DNA of 64,000 nucleotides from a plasmid: sequence record NZ_CP028351.1; one strand, 5' to 3'. Shown piece by piece: positions 57,578 to 64,000 of this stretch (position 1 is its first letter; each line of letters starts with the position of its first letter). The notes under the pieces were generated by a model. It saw only the letters and a program-made list of their open reading frames with translations, ran no database searches and was not told where the DNA came from. The position numbers and the translations under genes were made by a program.

Positions 57578-57605
57578 CGGGCTCAGGAGTTTACCCCTGA
57601 GCCCT
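57578..57605 (+). terminator. Stem-loop after the yefM-yoeB remnant
   Basis: GGGCTCAGGagtttaccCCTGAGCCC is a 9-bp stem between convergent genes. Confidence 0.45.
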
Positions 57606-57650
57606 TATCTTGCGCCTGTTTCAGCGGCGTCGTCATCCACCGCAATCCTG

Positions 57651-60188
57651 TTACGTCGGATCGCCCGCCCTCTTTTTAAGCTGTGCGGAAAGCCATGGCG
57701 CAGTCAGACTCTCTGCGGATGTGCTGACCGCTTCCGGCGTACCGGACGAGACAATCCTTCCGCCCTTCAGCCCCGAACCGGGCCCCAGATCAATCACCCA
57801 GTCCGCCTCTGCCACAATGCGCATTGTGTGTTCCGCCATCACGACGGTGTGGCCGCGCGTTACCAGTTCATTCAGCACAATCAGCAGTTTGTCCATGTCG
57901 GATGGGTGCAACCCGGTTGACGGTTCATCAAGCAGATAGAGCGTGGCTGTGCGCTGGACGCGTTGCAGCTCCCAGGCGAGCTTGATGCGCTGACACTCAC
58001 CGCCAGAGAGCTCCGTGGCGGGCTGACCCAGCGTCAGGTATCCCAGCCCCAGAGATCGCAGTGCCGACAGGGAACGCTGGATCCCGTCGTACCCGTCAAA
58101 CACCCTGGTGGCATCGTCTACGGTAAGATCAAGCACATCCGCTATGGTCAGGTCGTTCCACTTCACCTCTAGCGTTTCGGGGTTGTAGCGGCTTCCCGCA
58201 CAGACCGAGCAGGTTGCGGTGGCGCTGGGCATAAAGAGCAGCTCTATCGAAATCTGTCCCTGACCCTCGCACGCAGGACAGCGACCCGCGGGCAGATTGA
58301 AGGAAAACCGGCTGGCGCTGAAACCTCGGGCTTTCGCCTCGGGGGTCTCTGCAAACAGCCGGCGGACGATATCGAAAAAGCCGGTATAGGTGGCCAGATT
58401 GGAGCGTGGCGTCCGCCCGATAGGGCGCTGATCGATTCTGACCAGACGGCCAATGGCGTCATTTCCGCTGAGAACCTGACCTTTAACGTCCGGCACCAGG
58501 TCCTCTTCTTCACCCTCTTCACTGTCAGATGTTTTGTCAAAACGTCCGAGCATTTCCGGAAGAACGCGATTCAGCAGCGTCGATTTGCCTGAGCCGGAAA
58601 CGCCGGTAACCGCCGTCATTCTCGCCAGTGGGATGGCGATATCCACGCCGATAATATTGTTGCAATGGACCTGCTCAAGCCTGAGCCAGCTCTCCGCGGG
58701 CTGGCGCTGGCGCAGCCCGGTATAGCTGCGGGAAAAGAGATAGCCTGATGTCGGTGAGGCACTGACGTCTTTAAGGCCTGCCGGTTCACCGTTATAAACG
58801 ATCTCACCACCATGCGTTCCCGGACCGGGGCCGACCTCGATGAGCCAGTCAGCCTCGGCGATGAGGTCGAGGTTATGTTCGACGACCACCAGCGAGTTAC
58901 CTGCACGCACAAGATTCCTGAGGGATGCGAGCAGCGCTTTGACATCCTCAGGATGCAGACCAGCTGAAGGCTCATCCAGCACGTAAAGCACGCCAAACAG
59001 CCGCGATATCAGCTGGGTAGCCAGACGTACGCGCTGCAACTCGCCGGAGGAGAGCAGCGTGGTGCGGCGTCCCGGTGCCAGATGCCCAAGTCCCAGCGTC
59101 TCAAGCTGTTCAAGCCGCATGCAGATATCTGACGCCATCCGGATGACGGCTTCCCGCAGCGCCGCCTCGGCAGGCAGATCTGATGATGAACCGTCTGCAT
59201 AAGGCCTCAGCCGTTCAGCAAGTTCAGAAACCGACAGCTCACTCAGACTGGCAATGTCATAACCGGCAAAGGTCACGGACAGTGCGTTCCGGTTTAACCT
59301 TTTGCCATGACACACTGAACAGGGCGTGACCGTGACAAAGCGCGCCAGCCGTTTTTTCGTCGTCTCGCTGCCACCGGAATAGCTCTGCAATACGATTTTA
59401 GCTGCGCTGGTGTAGGTGCCGGTATAAGCGGGCTCTTCGCCAGCCGCCAGGGCTTTTTCACGCTGTTCAGCGTTCAGACCCATAAAAATCGGCACTGATG
59501 GCTGCTCGTCAGTCAGCAGTATCCACTGCTGGTCGCGGGCTGAAAGCGTATCCCAGGGGGCATCGACATCGTAGCCGAGCGTCTCAAGGATGCTGCGCAG
59601 ATTTTTGTTATGCCAGCCCCGCGGCCATGAAGCTATGGCGCCCTGCCGGATGCTCAGTGACCTGTCCGGCACCATCGCCTCGGTTCTGACGGTATGAACC
59701 CGTCCCAGCCCCTGGCAATGCGGACAGGCACCTTCAGGATTGTTAGGCGAGAAATAATCGGCGGTCATAAACGGCACACCGTCAGGCCTTGTGCCCGCAC
59801 GGGAAAACAGCAGGCGCAGCGTGACGGAAATTCGGGTCAGGCTGCCTACCGTTGAACGCTCCTGCGCGCCAGCCCGGCTCTGCTGAAGCGCCACCGCAGG
59901 CGGGAGTCCGTCAATATTATCCACATCCGGCGCAGCGGCCTGATCGATCAGGCGACGGGCATGGGGTGAAACCGACTCGATAAACCGGCGCTGGGCTTCT
60001 GCATAAAGCGTATCAAAGGCGAGTGAGGATTTCCCGGAGCCTGAAACCCCCGTGAACACCACCATGGCATTACGGGGAAACCGCAGCGATACATCTTTGA
60101 GGTTATGTGTTCTTGCACCCTGTACCGAGACATAAGGATCAATGTGCTCATCAGCGCGATAAGTATGGGCGTTATCTTGTTCTGTCAT
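57651..60188 (-). CDS. UvrA paralog (class II UvrA / UvrA2-like ABC ATPase)
   Basis: At 845 aa it is about 95 aa shorter than canonical UvrA. It has two ABC ATPase modules ([23 protein letters not shown]...; ...[11 protein letters not shown]...) and zinc-finger Cys clusters ([17 protein letters not shown]). Confidence 0.85.
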   Translation of the reverse strand: MTEQDNAHTYRADEHIDPYVSVQGARTHNLKDVSLRFPRNAMVVFTGVSGSGKSSLAFDTLYAEAQRRFIESVSPHARRLIDQAAAPDVDNIDGLPPAVALQQSRAGAQERSTVGSLTRISVTLRLLFSRAGTRPDGVPFMTADYFSPNNPEGACPHCQGLGRVHTVRTEAMVPDRSLSIRQGAIASWPRGWHNKNLRSILETLGYDVDAPWDTLSARDQQWILLTDEQPSVPIFMGLNAEQREKALAAGEEPAYTGTYTSAAKIVLQSYSGGSETTKKRLARFVTVTPCSVCHGKRLNRNALSVTFAGYDIASLSELSVSELAERLRPYADGSSSDLPAEAALREAVIRMASDICMRLEQLETLGLGHLAPGRRTTLLSSGELQRVRLATQLISRLFGVLYVLDEPSAGLHPEDVKALLASLRNLVRAGNSLVVVEHNLDLIAEADWLIEVGPGPGTHGGEIVYNGEPAGLKDVSASPTSGYLFSRSYTGLRQRQPAESWLRLEQVHCNNIIGVDIAIPLARMTAVTGVSGSGKSTLLNRVLPEMLGRFDKTSDSEEGEEEDLVPDVKGQVLSGNDAIGRLVRIDQRPIGRTPRSNLATYTGFFDIVRRLFAETPEAKARGFSASRFSFNLPAGRCPACEGQGQISIELLFMPSATATCSVCAGSRYNPETLEVKWNDLTIADVLDLTVDDATRVFDGYDGIQRSLSALRSLGLGYLTLGQPATELSGGECQRIKLAWELQRVQRTATLYLLDEPSTGLHPSDMDKLLIVLNELVTRGHTVVMAEHTMRIVAEADWVIDLGPGSGLKGGRIVSSGTPEAVSTSAESLTAPWLSAQLKKRAGDPT

Positions 60189-60407
60189 GATGTCCCTGTT
60201 TGATGATGCAAGGCAGATTAACGATCAGCTGCCGTTAATGACTGAAAATTGCAGAGGCTGACCCGGCTTTCGGGCTATCCGGCCCATTACGGGACAGAAA
60301 CACCAGCAAGGGTAGTCAGGGATTTTAGTCTGCACAACGCGGGGGCAGCTGATTCAGGACAGTAAAAAGAACAGCACATAAAAAAGCCCACACAAGGTGG
60401 GCTTTAG

Positions 60408-60803
60408 TTACCGGGCGCTTATCCTTTCGGATTGAGCTGCACCTACGAGTGATGCGAGCGGAATATTGAACATTTTATGCAGGTTCCGGATCATGGGCAG
60501 CGTCAGCGCACGCTTATGATTCAGTACCTCATAGACGCGGTTCGGGCGTCCAATTGCCGGCACCAGGTCTTTCGCTGTCAGCCCCATTTGTTCCATGCGG
60601 AATTTAATCGCCTCCACCGGATCAGGAGCCTCAATCGGATAATGTTCCTGTTCATATTTTTCAATAAGCAGGATCATGACTTCCAGAAAGTCACCGACTT
60701 CACTTCCCGGTTCTGGCTGATTGTCGACCAGGGGAGATACGGCGGCCAGAGCGGCTTCATAATCTGCTTCACTGTGAATCGGTTTGATCTTATAAGTCAT
60801 CAC
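60408..60803 (-). CDS. HigA-like HTH (XRE) antitoxin-type protein; no toxin gene upstream
   Basis: The C-terminal HTH KFRMEQMGLTAKDLVPAIGRPNRVYEVLNHKRALTLPMIRNLHKMFNIPLASL resembles E. coli HigA (YgjM)-type antitoxins. It has a GTG/ATG start. The 280-bp region upstream on the same strand has no ORF longer than 25 codons. Confidence 0.55.
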   Translation of the reverse strand: MMTYKIKPIHSEADYEAALAAVSPLVDNQPEPGSEVGDFLEVMILLIEKYEQEHYPIEAPDPVEAIKFRMEQMGLTAKDLVPAIGRPNRVYEVLNHKRALTLPMIRNLHKMFNIPLASLVGAAQSERISAR

Positions 60804-61038
60804 ATTTCCATCGTATTTGCATTTACCCTGTCGTACGTCGTTTTATCTCAAGATGATGGCTATGTCATTGCGCGCTCAGCAGAAACAAAGCACATGAGCA
60901 TAAAAATGGCGTACATGTGTTCAGATCCAGTCATGAACGTTACGCTGGCAGGTCGGCACAGATAAGTGCCATTCCGGGCGAAAAAAACTGAAAGGCGATC
61001 CCGCGCCGCAGATTTCATTCAAAACGTGCTCTGCACGC

Positions 61039-61070
61039 AAAAAAAAAACCCGTCAGCGACGGGTTTTTTC
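61039..61070. terminator. Bidirectional rho-independent terminator
   Basis: aaaaaaaaaaCCCGTCagcGACGGGttttttc has an A-run and a T-run flanking a 6-bp GC stem, and lies between convergent genes. Confidence 0.8.
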
Positions 61071-61094
61071 AGGCCTGAAAGATGAAAGTCAGCG

Positions 61095-62561
61095 TTACGG
61101 CTTTTTAAACTTGTCTTCGACCTTATCTTTTGCTTCAGCAATTTTATCCCCGGCTTTTTCCACGAAACCCTCTTTATGGGCGGGTTCGCTGCCTGGCGTT
61201 ACCGGACGGCTGTCGTGGTCAGCGCGCGCCTGACGCGTGCTTTCCAGCAGCGGATCGGTCGCGGCAGGATTACCGGTCACCGGATCTGCATTGAGATGGT
61301 CGGCACGAGCATGATCAATATCCACTTCCTGACGACGCACCGAGTCATTGATGGTTTCGACCCGATCGCTTGCCTCTTTACGCAGCACCACTTCTTCGAT
61401 GATCTGCGCAGTCTTATTGACGACCGGCTGCTCATGCGTCTCTTCCACTTCAATCGTTTTCTCGGACCAGTCAACCTGGTCCGGTGAGCCCGTTTCGCTC
61501 ACCGGACGACGGAATATTTCCGCATGTTGCTCATGCAGAGAGACGTTTTCAGACACCCGATCCGTAACAGTGTAGCGGCGCACGCGGGTTGATCCTTCGC
61601 TGACCAGTCGTTTACCTACTTCCAGTCGCTCTTCGGCCAGACGCAGCACATCCTCGTCACTCTCATCACCGGTCAGGGCAGTACGCGCCGCGCCGCGATG
61701 GGCAGAATCGGTTTGCAGCGGATCGATGGCACCGTTTTCCTGAAGCGTACCGCTGGCGGGCGCAGTCAGACCATCATCGGGCGCATAGTCATCAGGCAGC
61801 GCGGCACTGCGTTCAGTCAGCTCTTCATGTGCATCCAGAATACCCAGTGCGCGCGGCAACTCATCCTCATCGGCCCGCAGCGACAGCACCACACCGCCGG
61901 TACGCATCGCATCTTCATAGACTTCGGCCTGATCCTCTTCCAGCGTGTTGCCAAACAGGCGCTGCCAGAATCCCGGATGACGGGCTTCATGACCTTCAGT
62001 ACGCAGCCGTTCACCGGAGATGATATCAATGTCATCATCCAGGAACCCGACCTTAATCAGGTTACGCTTTGCACCTTCTGCCAGTGAGATATTGCTGAAC
62101 ATTGTTACGATTGTTTCACGCGCCATGTTGTGTTCCTCGGTGATGGATTCGGACGGCTCTGAATAGGGTATTCGGGTCAGATGAGCCTGCTGTCGGCGCA
62201 GGGAGACAATCTGTTCTGTCTCCACCTCGCTGACGACTGTGCGAATGTGCCACTCCTCTTTCAGCACCAGATGACGGACGATCTCGACCTCTTCTTCGAC
62301 AATCGGAATAATCAGGACGCCATTTTCTTCACGAATCGCCGGCATCTCAGTTAGCCGCTCCGATTTAGGAATGCGTTGAATATCCGCCGTCTGCTGCCGG
62401 AGCATCAGCGCAATTTGCTGCTGATGTTCAGTGACCTGGCGGGTAACCCTGACATGACCGTCGATGACCCGCTGTTTCGAGACCTCAACGGTTTCCTCCG
62501 CCAGACTTAAGACCTGTTCGCTACCCTCTGACCCTGGTTTTTCAGGAGGTTGATTGTTCAT
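61095..62561 (-). CDS. YsnF/AvaK-domain (DUF2382) stress protein with repeated domains
   Basis: Repeated DUF2382-like segments (LSLAEETVEVSKQRVIDGHVRVTRQVTEHQQ...; VLRLAEERLEVGKRLVSEGSTRVRRYTVTDRVSENVSL...) and a CsbD-like Lys-rich tail. Confidence 0.65.
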   Translation of the reverse strand: MNNQPPEKPGSEGSEQVLSLAEETVEVSKQRVIDGHVRVTRQVTEHQQQIALMLRQQTADIQRIPKSERLTEMPAIREENGVLIIPIVEEEVEIVRHLVLKEEWHIRTVVSEVETEQIVSLRRQQAHLTRIPYSEPSESITEEHNMARETIVTMFSNISLAEGAKRNLIKVGFLDDDIDIISGERLRTEGHEARHPGFWQRLFGNTLEEDQAEVYEDAMRTGGVVLSLRADEDELPRALGILDAHEELTERSAALPDDYAPDDGLTAPASGTLQENGAIDPLQTDSAHRGAARTALTGDESDEDVLRLAEERLEVGKRLVSEGSTRVRRYTVTDRVSENVSLHEQHAEIFRRPVSETGSPDQVDWSEKTIEVEETHEQPVVNKTAQIIEEVVLRKEASDRVETINDSVRRQEVDIDHARADHLNADPVTGNPAATDPLLESTRQARADHDSRPVTPGSEPAHKEGFVEKAGDKIAEAKDKVEDKFKKP

Positions 62562-62837
62562 GGTTAACCTGCCTGTGATACAGAGCGATCATTTGTACTT
62601 TCCCTGGCCTTGAGCATAAGTGACTGCTTTTGGGTTAGTTAAAGCCTGGCACAAAGAATGATAATGGAAAGAAAAAAGCAGAAATATGCCGCGATGTGAA
62701 GATAACTTGGCGCTAAAATCGGATAAGCGATGCGGCAGATAAAAAGAGGATCAAAGGGTGAATAGCAGTGAAATCTCTGTTTTCAGATGAGTCAAAGAGA
62801 AGGGATCGGGCAGTGAGCTCGCCTGACGTGCCTAATG

Positions 62838-63407
62838 TCACGGGTTGATCCATCCGCTTTCCTGCCGTTCCCCATGGGCAGAATAGTAAAACAGTGCGCG
62901 CTGATTATCATTGCGCTGAAGCTGATACGCATCCAGCATGCTGACCTGCACAATCACCACGCCAAAACGCGATTCGCCCGTTTCTGCTGTCGACGCGTCC
63001 GGTAGCTCATGAGCGGGAGCCTGCGCTTCTCCCGGCGGCCCGCCGATGTACGTCTGGCGCGTGTGCTGGGGTAACGTGCGCCAGGCGTCATGGGCAACAG
63101 CACTTCCCGCTGCATAACATTCAGCCTGTCCCACCAGCCGGAGCTGCAGGCGACGCTCATGGCAATATCCCAGCACGGTAACCTGGGGGTTCGCTGCCAT
63201 CTCCAGCCACTTCGGACTACGCACATCGGTATGAAAGGTCAGCATCCGGCGAACGTCATGGCACTCGCGCAGGACCACCGTGCGTGCCTGAGGCTGTTGT
63301 GCAGCATCCGCGGTAGCGAGTGTCAGATAACGAAATCCGGCCTGCGGATCGGCGGCAGCCTCTGCCAGTGCTGCCCAGCTGGCTGTTTCAAAGCTTTTCA
63401 GATCCAT
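62838..63407 (-). CDS. Pyridoxamine 5'-phosphate oxidase-family (FMN-binding split-barrel) protein
   Basis: 189 aa. ...YLTLATADAAQQPQARTVVLRECHDVRRMLTFHTDVRSPKWLEMAANPQVTVLGYC... is typical of PNPOx-like proteins. Confidence 0.65.
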   Translation of the reverse strand: MDLKSFETASWAALAEAAADPQAGFRYLTLATADAAQQPQARTVVLRECHDVRRMLTFHTDVRSPKWLEMAANPQVTVLGYCHERRLQLRLVGQAECYAAGSAVAHDAWRTLPQHTRQTYIGGPPGEAQAPAHELPDASTAETGESRFGVVIVQVSMLDAYQLQRNDNQRALFYYSAHGERQESGWINP

Positions 63408-63660
63408 TGGAAATTACTCTCATCAGGGACAATGTCAGCCATCTGGCTAAAAGCGTAGCAATGATGTGAGCAGATGGCCTGTCCGCTCTGCTCTGGCAGG
63501 AAAATATGACCCGCGACTCGCCGCGCAATACCGCGGAAGAGTAAGACAGCCGCGTGATTGCGGAACGCCTCGCAAAGTCGCGAACGCGCGTCCCGCCAGT
63601 CTGCCGCTCTGTGCTATTTTTGCGCCATCACCTTACCGTTTTGTCCGCAGGGAATGGCAC

Positions 63661-64000
63661 TATGTCTGATGAGAAACCCGCTGAAGTCCGGCCAGAAGTG
63701 CCCGTTAAAGTCACCTCGCCGCGCCTGACCTATCGGCCACTGAGTCAGGAAGACTGGCCTTTTTATCTTGCGGTCAGTCAGGACAGATCGGTGATGAATT
63801 ACATCAGCGATCCGCGCAGCGCTGAAGAGATCCGAACCCGGTCATTCGACGTGCGCCTGCCAGCCTGGTACAAAGGCTGCACACACTGGCTGTGCCTGGT
63901 CATTGAGGAAAAAGCGACGGGTCTTCCGGCTGGCTTCTGCGGGTTTATCGATCGCGGAGAGGGCATTGCGGAATTTGGTTTTATTCTGGCTGCCCACGCA
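63661..64000 (+). CDS. GNAT-family N-acetyltransferase (RimJ/RimL-like), N-terminal part; the gene continues beyond the window end
   Basis: LTYRPLSQEDWPFYLAVSQDRSVMNYI...CLVIEEKATGLPAGFCGFIDRGEGIAEFGFILAAHA is the GNAT core pattern. The ORF is open to the window end. Confidence 0.65.

Noticed and set aside
57525-57939. Plus-strand ORFs of 131 and 109 aa after yefM
   Set aside because: They are antisense to the 3' end of the UvrA-paralog gene. The only meaningful plus-strand reading here is the short yoeB remnant frame.

Overview
This window reads as an Enterobacterales chromosome segment. The 5' partial arnB, a budRABC 2,3-butanediol operon and a core GC content of roughly 55-60% support that placement. 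It has three parts.

(1) Left core, about 1-4250. It holds arnB (partial), an AT-rich intergenic region with a PmrA-box-like repeat, a YceI-family gene, a decayed gene remnant, and a divergent Gfo/Idh/MocA oxidoreductase / LacI regulator pair.

(2) A 26-kb AT-rich accessory island, about 4250-30390. It has no integrase or tRNA. It carries:
- a PACE (AceI-like) efflux transporter and an Hha/YmoA-family modulator;
- a 1342-aa SPATE-type serine-protease autotransporter with an intact H/D/S triad and a Pro/Glu-rich repeat linker;
- a DUF333 lipoprotein preceded by a (GCGCATTA)4 repeat, and a second, AIDA-like autotransporter with a (DAT)8 repeat;
- a YgiW/BOF protein, then LuxR-type and IprA/YaiV-like regulators;
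- two tandem double-glycine-leader microcin-like precursor genes whose leaders are close to those of MccL/MccV but whose mature peptides I do not recognise;
- a four-gene chaperone-usher fimbrial operon plus a FimZ-like regulator;
- a complete dedicated type I exporter (TolC-like, CvaA-like, CvaB-like C39-peptidase ABC) that is translationally coupled to a DUF1795 (EagR/DcrB-like) gene;
- a ToxR/ToxS-like membrane regulator pair.

(3) Right core. It begins with a decayed carbohydrate locus: a substrate-binding protein with an in-frame amber stop, a Hyi-like isomerase, an oxidoreductase, and a divergent sigma-54 enhancer-binding protein with a candidate -24/-12 promoter. It continues with TetR plus a stand-alone FabF paralog, a ROK kinase, an Rpn nuclease, a MipA + OmpR/HK two-component + RND efflux module, budR-budABC, an orphan divergent flagellin, and a CitM-type transporter. 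After an MBL hydrolase comes a decaying toxin-antitoxin cluster: higA with a truncated higB, yefM with an internally deleted yoeB, and an orphan HigA-like gene. The window ends with a class-II UvrA paralog, a YsnF/AvaK repeat protein, a PNPOx-family gene and a partial GNAT gene.

The part most likely to be new is the microcin-like two-peptide module with its split, DUF1795-coupled exporter. All calls come from reading the sequence and recalled family signatures. No database search was run.
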